DNA of 64,000 bases from Acidobacteriota bacterium (GCA_040754955.1 JBFMCA010000005.1:24523-88522), one strand, 5' to 3'. Counted from the stretch's first letter, positions 49,374 to 57,674 are shown. Numbers and translations are program-made. Notes: generated by a model not told the origin, from the sequence alone.

Positions 49374-50116
49374 TGCGCTACCTGGTGATCAGCGACATAC
49401 ACGCCAACCTGGAAGCGCTCGACACGGTGCTCGCCGCCGCGGAGAGCCTCGCACACGACCGGCTGCTGGTGCTTGGCGATCTGGTCGGCTACGGCGCCGA
49501 CCCGAACGCCGTCATCGACCGGGTTCGGGCACTGGCCCCCCACGCCGTCATCCGCGGCAATCACGACAAGGTCGGGTCGGGGATCGAGACGCCGGAGGGC
49601 TTCAACGCCGTCGCGCGCAGCGCCATCCGCTGGACCTACGACGCGCTCTCCGCCGACAACCGTTCGTGGCTGGCCGCGCTCCCGAAGGGGCCGGTTGCGG
49701 TGGATGCCCTCATCGAGATCTGTCACGGCACGCCCTTCGATGAGGACGCCTACGTCTTCGACGACCTCGACGCCCTCCGCGCGATCCACGCCGCCGGCCG
49801 GCCGCTCTGCCTCTTCGGCCACACGCACGTGCAGGTCGGATACCGCCTGGAGCACGACGAGTTCTCGCTGACGACCACGCCAGACACGCGCCCGCTGCCG
49901 ATAGGCCTGGCGTCGGGCGCGCGCCACCTGCTCAACCCCGGATCGGTCGGGCAGCCGCGCGACGGCGACGCCCGCGCCGCGTTCGCGCTGGTGGACACCG
50001 ACCGCGCGGAGGCCATCGTCTACCGCATCGAGTACCCGATCGCGCGCGCACAGGCCAAGATCGTCGAGGCGGGGCTGCCCGAGGTGCTGGCGGCGCGGCT
50101 GGCACTGGGCCGGTAG
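49373..50116 (+). CDS. Metallophosphoesterase family protein (YfcE/MJ0936-like)
   Basis: Start taken at ATG 49373 (MRYLVISDIHAN), overlapping the aroK stop by 1 nt. Motifs GDLVGYG, GNHD and GHTH. Confidence 0.8.
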   Translation: MRYLVISDIHANLEALDTVLAAAESLAHDRLLVLGDLVGYGADPNAVIDRVRALAPHAVIRGNHDKVGSGIETPEGFNAVARSAIRWTYDALSADNRSWLAALPKGPVAVDALIEICHGTPFDEDAYVFDDLDALRAIHAAGRPLCLFGHTHVQVGYRLEHDEFSLTTTPDTRPLPIGLASGARHLLNPGSVGQPRDGDARAAFALVDTDRAEAIVYRIEYPIARAQAKIVEAGLPEVLAARLALGR

Positions 50117-50120
50117 CCGG

Positions 50121-50211
50121 GCTTCAGGCTTCAGGCTTCGGGCGGCGGGCTTCGGGCGTCAGGTCGCTGGCTCCAGGCTCTGGGCGTCAGGCTCTGGGCT
50201 CTGGGCTCTTA
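50121..50211. repeat. Thirteen tandem degenerate 7-mers (GCTTCAG/GCTCTGG types)
   Basis: The copies are gcttcag gcttcag gcttcgg gcggcgg gcttcgg gcgtcag gtcgctg gctccag gctctgg gcgtcag gctctgg gctctgg gctctta. They fill the spacer between convergent genes. Confidence 0.85.
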
Positions 50212-50212
50212 A

Positions 50213-50395
50213 TTAGGCTTTGGGCTCTGAGCCCTCCGTGCGGGCGGCGTCGCGCTTCTTCCGCGCCTCGCGGCGCTGCAGCTCGGCGGCATAGGCGTCG
50301 CGTGCGGCGCGCGAGCCGAGTACCCAGCCGATCACCACGCCGACGAGCGCCGTCACGGGGATGTAGATGAAGTGCCCGGCGGTGATCTCGCCCAT
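50213..50395 (-). CDS. Small single-TM protein, last gene of the ccm operon
   Basis: 60 aa. TM segment HFIYIPVTALVGVVIGWVLG followed by a basic tail. The ATG overlaps the ccmD stop by 1 nt. Confidence 0.45.
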   Translation of the reverse strand: MGEITAGHFIYIPVTALVGVVIGWVLGSRAARDAYAAELQRREARKKRDAARTEGSEPKA

Positions 50396-50661
50396 CAGTT
50401 GTCCTTGTGCTCGAGCGCCCGCAGGTCGGCCTCGACCCGGTCGAGCCGCTTCACCAGGCTGATGACGTAGACGAGCACCGCCACCCAGACGAAGGCATAG
50501 GCCGCGATCACCATCGGGGCGGCCGGCAGCTGCTCCTCGGGCGGGATCTCGCTGAGCGGCACGAACTCGTCCTGCGGCTGTGGCTGGGCCGCGGACGCGC
50601 TGTGCAGGGGCATGGCGCCGGAGAGCGCCAGCAGGATGACGAATGCACGGATGAGTCGCAT
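50395..50661 (-). CDS. ccmD: CcmD-family (alternative long form) heme exporter subunit
   Basis: 88 aa. Signal-like N-terminus. TM segment AAYAFVWVAVLVYVISL followed by a charged helix. It sits directly after ccmC with a 1-nt overlap. Confidence 0.55.
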   Translation of the reverse strand: MRLIRAFVILLALSGAMPLHSASAAQPQPQDEFVPLSEIPPEEQLPAAPMVIAAYAFVWVAVLVYVISLVKRLDRVEADLRALEHKDN

Positions 50662-51323
50662 CAGTCCTCTTCAGCAGCCAGGTACAGAGACTCGACCCGG
50701 GCTCGCTGCTCCTCGAGCTGGACGCGCATCGCGAGCAGGGCGAGCGCCAGCAGTAGAAACGCCGTGAAGCACAGCCAGAGCGGCCACGCCATGGGCGGCA
50801 CGAGATTGGGGATCACGGTCGTCTTCGGGTGAAGCGTGCGCCAGACGTTGACCGAGATGTAGACGAACGGCACGTTCGCCATGCCGAAGAGCGCCATGCC
50901 CGCGGCGAGCTTCTCGGCGCCCGGACCGCCGAAGCGCCGCAGCAGCAGGTACGCCACGAAGATCATGTACAGCATCAGGCTTGACGTCAGCCGTGGCTCC
51001 CACTCCCACCACACGCCCCACGCCTTGCGCCCCCAGAGAGGCCCTGTGACCATGGCCATGGATCCGAAGAGCACGACGAGCTCCGCGGTCGCGAGGGCCC
51101 ACCAGTCGGCCGCCTGCTTCTTGCCGAAGAGAAACACCGCGCTCAGCACGCCGCACGTGATGGCGAGCAGCAGCATGAGGATGGCAGCCGGGACGTGGAA
51201 GTAGAAGATCTTCTGCACGAGGCCCATCGTCGCCTCGTACGGCGCGCGGTGAATGATGATGGGCGCCGCGACGAAGAGGACCATCGACAGGCCGAGCACA
51301 GGGACGACGGCTTTACGCAGCAT
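50661..51323 (-). CDS. ccmC: Heme exporter protein CcmC
   Basis: 220 aa. WWD-type motif WGVWWEWEPRLTS. Conserved His residues in FYFHVP and in the C-terminal loop. Confidence 0.9.
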   Translation of the reverse strand: MLRKAVVPVLGLSMVLFVAAPIIIHRAPYEATMGLVQKIFYFHVPAAILMLLLAITCGVLSAVFLFGKKQAADWWALATAELVVLFGSMAMVTGPLWGRKAWGVWWEWEPRLTSSLMLYMIFVAYLLLRRFGGPGAEKLAAGMALFGMANVPFVYISVNVWRTLHPKTTVIPNLVPPMAWPLWLCFTAFLLLALALLAMRVQLEEQRARVESLYLAAEED

Positions 51324-51330
51324 CGGGGAC

Positions 51331-52014
51331 CTACTCCGTCATCAACGGTTCGAACGTCCAGAGCGAGAGCGTGACGAACACGACATCGAAGAAGACCAGC
51401 AGCGCAATCCAGAACAGCGCCATGTCCGGGTTGGGTTCCGGCTGAAAGAGCGCCGCCGTCCCGCGGACGCCTGCAATGATGACCGGAACCGTGATGGGAT
51501 ACAACAGGATCGGGAGCATGACGTCGCGGCTGCGCGCCCGAATCAGCATCGCGGCGAAGAGCGTGCCGACCGCGGCGTAGCCGAGAGTGCCGGTCACCAG
51601 CAGCCCCGCGAGCAGCACCGGGTACGCCAGCACGGGCGCCTGGAACAGCAGGCCCACGAGCGGCACGAGCACCGCCTCGGTGAGCGCCATCAGCAGCAGG
51701 ATGCCGACGAGCTTGCCCACGTACAGCGCCGGGCGATCGGCCGGCGCCAGCAGCAGCGCACGCAGCGTCTCGGCATGCCGCTCGCGCTCGAAGGTCCGCC
51801 CGAGGGCCAGCGTGCCCGAGAAGGCGATCGACACCCACAGGATGCCGGCGGCCGCGTCGTCGAGCGCCCGGCCCTCCTCCACGAAGGCGAAGGCGAATAC
51901 AAGCACGCACGCCACGGCGAAGAAGAGTGTCGTGTAGATCAGCTCGCGGCTCCGCACTTCGACCGTGAGATCCTTGCGCACGACGAGCAGGGCGACGCGC
52001 AGGAAGCCGTTCAT
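51331..52014 (-). CDS. ccmB: Heme exporter permease CcmB
   Basis: 227 aa from ATG 52014 (ATGA overlap with the ccmA stop). Six hydrophobic segments. The operon position fits. Confidence 0.8.
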   Translation of the reverse strand: MNGFLRVALLVVRKDLTVEVRSRELIYTTLFFAVACVLVFAFAFVEEGRALDDAAAGILWVSIAFSGTLALGRTFERERHAETLRALLLAPADRPALYVGKLVGILLLMALTEAVLVPLVGLLFQAPVLAYPVLLAGLLVTGTLGYAAVGTLFAAMLIRARSRDVMLPILLYPITVPVIIAGVRGTAALFQPEPNPDMALFWIALLVFFDVVFVTLSLWTFEPLMTE

Positions 52015-52718
52015 GAGGTCTGCATGACGCGCCGGTACCGCTCGCGCAGCCCCGCGCTGCCATCCGTGGTCTCGACCAGACGCCCGCTCCGGAGGTACAG
52101 GACGCGCGTGAGCAGCCCGTCGACGACGTCGAGGTCGTGCGTCGCCACGAGGACGAGGCACCCCTCGGCCTGCAGACCGCGCAGGCGCGCGACCAGCGCG
52201 GCGGCCGACGCCTGGTCCAGCCCCGTGAACGGCTCGTCGAGCAGCAGCAGGCGCGGCGCGTGCAGCAGCGCCCGTTCGAGCGCCAGCCGCTGGCGCATGC
52301 CCCGGGAGAACCCCTGCACCTGATCGTCGGCCCGCTCGACGAGCCCCGCCATCGCCAGGCCTCGGCCGACGGCTCCATCGGCGTCCGCCAGCCCGTAGAG
52401 CCGCGCGAAGAACCGCAGGTTCTCGCGCGCGGTGAGCTCGGGATACAGGTAGAGGTCGTGTCCGAGCAGTCCGAGCCGCGCGCGGAGGGCCGCGCCCACC
52501 TCGCTCGATCGGCGTCCGCCGTACTCGACATGTCCGCTGGACGGCGCGACGAGCGTGGCCAGGATTGACAGCAGCGTCGACTTGCCCGCACCGTTCGGGC
52601 CGAGCAGGCCCACGATGTCGCCGGCGCGGCACTCGAAGGACACGCGGGCCAGCGCCTTCCGCCGCCCGTAGTGGCGGCTCACGTCCACGGCGGTGACGGC
52701 GGTGAAGTCGAGGCTCAC
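52011..52718 (-). CDS. ccmA: Heme ABC exporter ATP-binding protein CcmA
   Basis: 235 aa with GTG start. Walker A GPNGAGKST, signature FSRGMRQR, Walker B LLLLDEP. Confidence 0.9.
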   Translation of the reverse strand: MSLDFTAVTAVDVSRHYGRRKALARVSFECRAGDIVGLLGPNGAGKSTLLSILATLVAPSSGHVEYGGRRSSEVGAALRARLGLLGHDLYLYPELTARENLRFFARLYGLADADGAVGRGLAMAGLVERADDQVQGFSRGMRQRLALERALLHAPRLLLLDEPFTGLDQASAAALVARLRGLQAEGCLVLVATHDLDVVDGLLTRVLYLRSGRLVETTDGSAGLRERYRRVMQTS

Positions 52719-53941
52719 GCGGCGACGCTCTCGCCGCCTCCAGCCGGCGACCGGTCGAGCTCGCTCAGCACCCGCTCGAGCTGGGCGACCACGCCCTGGC
52801 GTTTCGCGAGGTACCGCGCCTCGTCAATCCGACCCGCCCTGAGCTGCTGCTCGAGATCGACGAGCTCGCCGTAGAGCTTCTCGCGGCGCGCCGCGAGCGT
52901 CGCGTCGTGTCGCGTGGCCGCCGGGCGGCCCGTGAACGCGAACCACGCGCCTGCCAGCAGAATGAGCGCCGCGAGCGCCAGGCCCGTGTCGCGGATGAGC
53001 GTGGTACGCGCCGGCATCCCGGTGATGCGAACCACCATCGTGTCCCCGGGGTTCAGCCGCCCGCCGGTGCCCATGATGAACGGCGTGCCGCCAGCCTCGG
53101 CGTCGCTGTGCGCCTCGAACTGCGGCGATTCCATGTGGAGTGATCCGAGCTTCTGGACCGCCACGAAGAGCCGCTCCATCGCCACCGGCCAGGTCTGCCG
53201 GACCTCGAGCTCGGTCCCGCGCCACGGCAGCCGGAAGCCGACCTGCACGGGCGTCGTCCCGGGCGGAAACGGTCCGTTGATGAGAATCCGCGGGCCGCTC
53301 ACCGACGCCAGCGGCGACGAGCCCTGCATGGTCCCCACGTTCCGGGCGCCCGTCGGCAGGTCGATGACGATCGGGCCGCCGGTGTCGATCGGAGTTCGCG
53401 CCGCGTTCACCACGTCCAGGAGATAGAACACCGACAGCTCGTCGTCCTGGAATTCCATGATGATGCGCGTCTCGCCGCCGAGCGTCACGACGCCCGCGCG
53501 CGCCGGCTCGCTGGCCGCGGCCGCGCGCGCCGCCTGATCGCGCGCCGCAGCGGCCGCCGCGCCGGCGACGAGCGCCACCCGCACACCGCCCTTCGCCGGC
53601 ACATCGAACTCCTGCGAGCGGAGCGTCTCGCCGTCGATCTCAGCCTCCGCGTACACCACCGTGCCGATCGGGAGCCCGCTGAACTGGGCGCGGCCCTGGG
53701 CGTCGGTCGTCTCGGTGCGCTCGATCCGGGCGCCCTTGAGCGCCACGGCGTGGTTCGGGATGTTGTTGCCCATCCGCTCGCGGACGAGCCGAACCGACAC
53801 GGCGCCGTCCGGCAGCTCCGGCGCCCCCAGCGGAATGCCTGACATCTGACCCGCGTCGGGCATGGCGCCGCCCGGCGCCTGGGCGAACGTCGGCTGAGCG
53901 GCCCAGAAACCGGCGGCAATGACGATGAGTGCGGCGCGCAT
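52715..53941 (-). CDS. Hypothetical exported protein with carboxypeptidase-regulatory-like beta-sandwich, C-terminal TM and cytoplasmic helix
   Basis: 408 aa from ATG 53941. Signal peptide ends PTFAQA. The stretch VSVRLV...TDAQGRAQFSGLPIGTVVYAEAEI resembles a CarboxypepD_reg domain. TM segment LALAALILLAGAWFAF, then the REKLYGELVDLEQQLRAGRIDEARY helix. Confidence 0.5.
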   Translation of the reverse strand: MRAALIVIAAGFWAAQPTFAQAPGGAMPDAGQMSGIPLGAPELPDGAVSVRLVRERMGNNIPNHAVALKGARIERTETTDAQGRAQFSGLPIGTVVYAEAEIDGETLRSQEFDVPAKGGVRVALVAGAAAAAARDQAARAAAASEPARAGVVTLGGETRIIMEFQDDELSVFYLLDVVNAARTPIDTGGPIVIDLPTGARNVGTMQGSSPLASVSGPRILINGPFPPGTTPVQVGFRLPWRGTELEVRQTWPVAMERLFVAVQKLGSLHMESPQFEAHSDAEAGGTPFIMGTGGRLNPGDTMVVRITGMPARTTLIRDTGLALAALILLAGAWFAFTGRPAATRHDATLAARREKLYGELVDLEQQLRAGRIDEARYLAKRQGVVAQLERVLSELDRSPAGGGESVAA

Positions 53942-53955
53942 GGACAACCTTCTCG

Positions 53956-54606
53956 CTAGGCGAGCTTGCTGCCGCAGTTCTTGCAGAACCGGGCATCGGC
54001 GTCGTTGCCGACCCCGCACGACGCGCACACCCCTGCGGCGGCCGGCGCGGGGTCGGTGTCGATGGCTGCCGTGCCGCCTCCCGTGCCGGCGTCGGCCGGC
54101 CGGGCGGGCTTGCGGCCCAACCGCACCTCGAGCTCGCGATCGATGACGGTGCGGTAGCCGCCGCCCGCGTCGAGCTGCTGGATGAGGCCGATGGCGCGCG
54201 CGCGGAGCCGATCGCGGACATCCTGGAAGTCGGCGTCGGCGATCTTGCCCATCGCGTGATCGAACTCCAGCTCCTTGATCGCGCGGAGCGCGAGCGTCTT
54301 CTCCCGCTCCAGCGCCGCCCGCGTGCGGCCCTGAATGAGCTTCGGCGCGTGCGTGGCGTCCGGCGACACGAGCGGCACGAGCGTCTCGTACGCGCCGATC
54401 GCCACGAGCGACCCGGCCAGCACCGTGAGGCTCAGCGTCACGATGCCTGCGGGCGACTGCCCCGTCGCCACGATGACCGTGGCCGTTGCGCCGAACATGC
54501 CGGCGAGGACGAAGAACTGCCAGGGCTTGAACGCCGTCGTCTCCGCGGGGCCCGGCGCCGCGGCCGTCCTGGCGGCCACCGCCTTAGTCGAGGTCGCGGA
54601 GCTCAT
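53956..54606 (-). CDS. Hypothetical membrane protein with C-terminal zinc-ribbon
   Basis: 216 aa. Two TM segments. Helix REKTLALRAIKELEFDHAMGKIADADF. C-terminal CASCG...CKNCG. Overlaps the ccmF 3' end by 23 nt. Confidence 0.5.
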   Translation of the reverse strand: MSSATSTKAVAARTAAAPGPAETTAFKPWQFFVLAGMFGATATVIVATGQSPAGIVTLSLTVLAGSLVAIGAYETLVPLVSPDATHAPKLIQGRTRAALEREKTLALRAIKELEFDHAMGKIADADFQDVRDRLRARAIGLIQQLDAGGGYRTVIDRELEVRLGRKPARPADAGTGGGTAAIDTDPAPAAAGVCASCGVGNDADARFCKNCGSKLA

Positions 54607-57049
54607 CGTCCAGCCTCTCGTTCAGGCCGCTGTCGGCCACCGGCGCGGCCGCCTCACCGTCCTCGTGGCGCCGACGCGACCAGCGCACCGCCGCCGCGCC
54701 GACCAGGAGAATCCCCGTCGCGCCGAGGCCGTATGGCACGAGCCACGCGTAGCGGCCGATGCCGCTCATCGGCTCGGCAAGCACGTGCTGGCCGGCCTGC
54801 TGCGTCACGAAGTACTGCAGGATGGCCTCCTCCGACATGCCCTTCGCGAGCAGGCCGTCCACTTCCTGGCGCACGCCCGCGCAGTGGCCGCACGTGCACT
54901 CGTCCACCGGCAGCTTCGAACACCCGCCACACCAGCACGCCAGCTTCTTGGTGACGGCCCGCTCGGCGGGATTGCGCTGCACGACGATGCCCGCGCTCGG
55001 CGCGTCGACGTGCTGCGCCTGGGCGGCGCCCGGCGAGAGTGCCAGTCCGAGCGCCAGCATCGCCGCCGTGGCGCCCGCGGGCAGCTTCGCCGCCGCAAAG
55101 GAGAACACCGTCTCGGGGAGCAGTGCGATGCCGGTGCCGATCGCCATGATGCCGAAGCCGACCCACACCCAGTTGACGAGCGGGTTGATGTGCACTTCCA
55201 TGCTCGCCGACTGCTCCTGCATTTCGAACGCCGGCATCACGAGGTAGAGATCCTCGTTGATCGACCGGCGGATGGCTACTTCGGTCGTCGGCTCCTCCTC
55301 GTGCTTGCGGAAGAACCACTTGGCGGGGTGCATCTGGCCCAGCACCGCGCCGGACGAGTCCTTGATGGTGACGTGCGCCGTCACCATCTGCTTCTGCCCG
55401 TCGTCGGTGACGCGGAGCGCATCCATGTGCAGCGTGTAGGCGCCGACGGTGGCTTCCTGCCCGGGCTTGAGCAGCACCTGCTGATCGACGCTGAATCCCT
55501 CGCCCGCGAAGCCGAGAAACATCAGCACGATGCCCAGGTGCACGATGTAGCCGCCGTAGCGCCGCTTGTTGCGTCCGACGAGGCCGACCATGGCGGTCAC
55601 GAGATCCGTGCCGGTCGTGTCGCGCCGCACCTGCGCCCCGCGGATGAATTCCTGGGCGATGGTCCCGAAGACGAAGCCGCAGAGGGCGAAGCACAGGCCC
55701 GAAACCCACACCCGCACGCCCATCGCGACCAGCGCGCCGCTGACGGCCAGCGCCAGCACGGTCGGCCAGAGGAACTGCGACTGCAGGTTGCTCGCGGTCG
55801 ACTTCTTCCAGGCGAGCAGCGGTCCCACGCCCGTCAGGAACAGCAGCATCAGCCCGATGGGCGTCATCCATTTGTTGAAGAACGGCGGCCCCACGGTCAG
55901 GCGCTCGCCGGCCACTGCCTCGCTCAGCGTCGGGAACATCGTCGCGAACAGGATGAAGAACGCGGCGAAGAGCAGGATCCAGTTGTTCAGCATGAACGCC
56001 GCTTCACGCGACATCCAGGAGTCCAGTTCGTGGCGCGCCTTCAGCATGGGCATGCGGTAGATCACCCAGCCGAAACCGAAGAGCGCCACGCCCACCATGA
56101 ACATGACGAAGAGCCGCGCCAGCTCCGGATCGTCGCCGAAGGCGTGCACCGACTGGACGACCCCGGACCGCGTCATGAACGTGCCGAAAATCGTCAGGAG
56201 GAACGTCAGGATGACGAGCGTCACGTTCCAGACGCGCAGCATCCCACGCCGCTCCTGCACGATCACCGAGTGCAGGAACGCCGTGGCGGTGAACCAGGGC
56301 AGCAGGCCCGCGTTCTCCACCGGATCCCAGCCCCAGTAGCCGCCCCAGCCGAGCTCTTCGTAGGCCCAGATCATGCCGAGCACGAGGCCGAGCGACAGGA
56401 AGAACCACGAGAACATCGTCCACCGCCGCACGGCCCGCAGCCACGAGTCGTCGAGCTGCCCGGTGATGAGCGCGGCCATGCCGAACGCGAACGGGATGGT
56501 CAGGCCCACGAAGCCCAGGTACATCGTGGGCGGGTGGATGGCCATGTAGAAATTCTGCAGCAGCGGGTTGAGGCCGCGGCCGTCCGCCGGCGTCTGCGTG
56601 ATGAACGTGTCGAACGGGTTGTTGTGGATGATCATCAGGAACAGGAAGAACATCTCCACAACGGCCGTCACGGCCACGACGTAGGGGATCAGCTCGCGGT
56701 GCCGCTCGCGGTTCACCGACACCGCCACCGTGCCGAACACCGACAGCAGGAACGCCCAGAACAGGACCGAGCCGTCGAGCCCTCCCCAGTAGGACGTGAT
56801 CTTGTAGAAGAGCGGCTGCACGCTGTCCGAGTACCGCTGCACGTACTTGATCGAGTAGTCGCCCACCACGAACGCATGGACGATCACCCCGGAGGCGACC
56901 GTCAGCAGCGCCGTCACCGTGTGAAAGGCGCCAATGCCGCTCTCCACGAGCCGGTGGCTGTGGCGGCGTGCGCCGGCCACGCAGGCCGCTGCCGCATACG
57001 CCGCGACGATGAACGAGAGCAGGAGGAGGAACGCGCCAAGTGAGGCCAT
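54584..57049 (-). CDS. ccmF: Cytochrome c heme lyase subunit CcmF fused to a C-terminal CcmH-like Cys-rich domain
   Basis: 821 aa. CcmF WWD region (SYWGGLDGSVLFWAF, WAYEELGWGGYWGWDPVEN). After about residue 650 come a signal-like TM, LACWCGGCSKLPVDECTCGHC, and a final TM. Confidence 0.85.
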   Translation of the reverse strand: MASLGAFLLLLSFIVAAYAAAACVAGARRHSHRLVESGIGAFHTVTALLTVASGVIVHAFVVGDYSIKYVQRYSDSVQPLFYKITSYWGGLDGSVLFWAFLLSVFGTVAVSVNRERHRELIPYVVAVTAVVEMFFLFLMIIHNNPFDTFITQTPADGRGLNPLLQNFYMAIHPPTMYLGFVGLTIPFAFGMAALITGQLDDSWLRAVRRWTMFSWFFLSLGLVLGMIWAYEELGWGGYWGWDPVENAGLLPWFTATAFLHSVIVQERRGMLRVWNVTLVILTFLLTIFGTFMTRSGVVQSVHAFGDDPELARLFVMFMVGVALFGFGWVIYRMPMLKARHELDSWMSREAAFMLNNWILLFAAFFILFATMFPTLSEAVAGERLTVGPPFFNKWMTPIGLMLLFLTGVGPLLAWKKSTASNLQSQFLWPTVLALAVSGALVAMGVRVWVSGLCFALCGFVFGTIAQEFIRGAQVRRDTTGTDLVTAMVGLVGRNKRRYGGYIVHLGIVLMFLGFAGEGFSVDQQVLLKPGQEATVGAYTLHMDALRVTDDGQKQMVTAHVTIKDSSGAVLGQMHPAKWFFRKHEEEPTTEVAIRRSINEDLYLVMPAFEMQEQSASMEVHINPLVNWVWVGFGIMAIGTGIALLPETVFSFAAAKLPAGATAAMLALGLALSPGAAQAQHVDAPSAGIVVQRNPAERAVTKKLACWCGGCSKLPVDECTCGHCAGVRQEVDGLLAKGMSEEAILQYFVTQQAGQHVLAEPMSGIGRYAWLVPYGLGATGILLVGAAAVRWSRRRHEDGEAAAPVADSGLNERLDDELRDLD

Positions 57050-57065
57050 AGGTCTGGTCTGCTAG

Positions 57066-57098
57066 TGAAAAAGGGGTCGGAAGTGCGTCTCCCGACCC
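57066..57098 (-). terminator. Intrinsic-terminator-like hairpin between ccmE and ccmF
   Basis: The minus-strand RNA reads GGGGUCGG-loop(11)-CCGACCCC followed by UUUUU. It lies in the 79-nt ccmE-ccmF spacer. Confidence 0.55.
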
Positions 57099-57128
57099 CT
57101 TCGAACGGCTGCCCGCGTGAGAGACGTC

Positions 57129-57548
57129 CTAGTACGCGCCGGTCGTGCTGCCGCCCGGCTTGGCTTCGTACTTCGACGGGCATTTCGCCATGACGCCGTT
57201 CGGCGCCACGCTGAAGCCGTCCGACGAGAGCATGCCCTTCAGCACGACTTCCGCCTCGTCCTTGAAGGTGTCGGGCACGATGCCGGTGTAGGTCGCGTCG
57301 ACGACCTTCCCGTTGCTCTGCACCTGGAAGCGATACTCGAGGCTGTTCTTCTTGCGGAAAATCGAGTTCGGCACGACGTAGCCGTGCAGCTGGAGTTTCT
57401 TCCCGTACCACTCGTCGGGCTGCACCATCACTTCGTCGACGTGCTTGTAGTACTCCGTTCCTTCCCGAAGGGTCGAGTACAGCAACCCGCTGAACGCGAG
57501 GACGAGCACGAGGCTCGTGAGGCCGACCTTCACCGCTTTGTGCTTCAT
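57129..57548 (-). CDS. ccmE: Heme chaperone CcmE, Cys variant (CxxxY)
   Basis: 139 aa from ATG 57548; the track start 57554 is TTG. N-terminal TM anchor and OB-fold region. The C-terminal motif is VMAKCPSKYEA, where canonical CcmE has AKHDENY. Confidence 0.85.
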   Translation of the reverse strand: MKHKAVKVGLTSLVLVLAFSGLLYSTLREGTEYYKHVDEVMVQPDEWYGKKLQLHGYVVPNSIFRKKNSLEYRFQVQSNGKVVDATYTGIVPDTFKDEAEVVLKGMLSSDGFSVAPNGVMAKCPSKYEAKPGGSTTGAY

Positions 57549-57649
57549 GGTCAATGACTTCCGCGAATCTGGACGCCGTTCCGACCTCCAGAATACCCCC
57601 GCCGGTACCGCCGGTCAACCAAACCCGAGCAAGATCCGCTCCCACTCCC

Positions 57650-57674
57650 AGAAAAGGTGCCTGGCACCTTTTCT
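57650..57674. repeat. Palindromic element copy 1: AGAAAAGGTGCC-T-GGCACCTTTTCT
   Basis: Perfect 12-nt arms around 1 nt. The A/T runs flanking a GC stem would act as a bidirectional terminator-like hairpin. Confidence 0.85.

Noticed and set aside
54335-57043. 902-aa plus-strand ORF
   Set aside because: It is antisense to ccmF, whose WWD and conserved His motifs are unambiguous.
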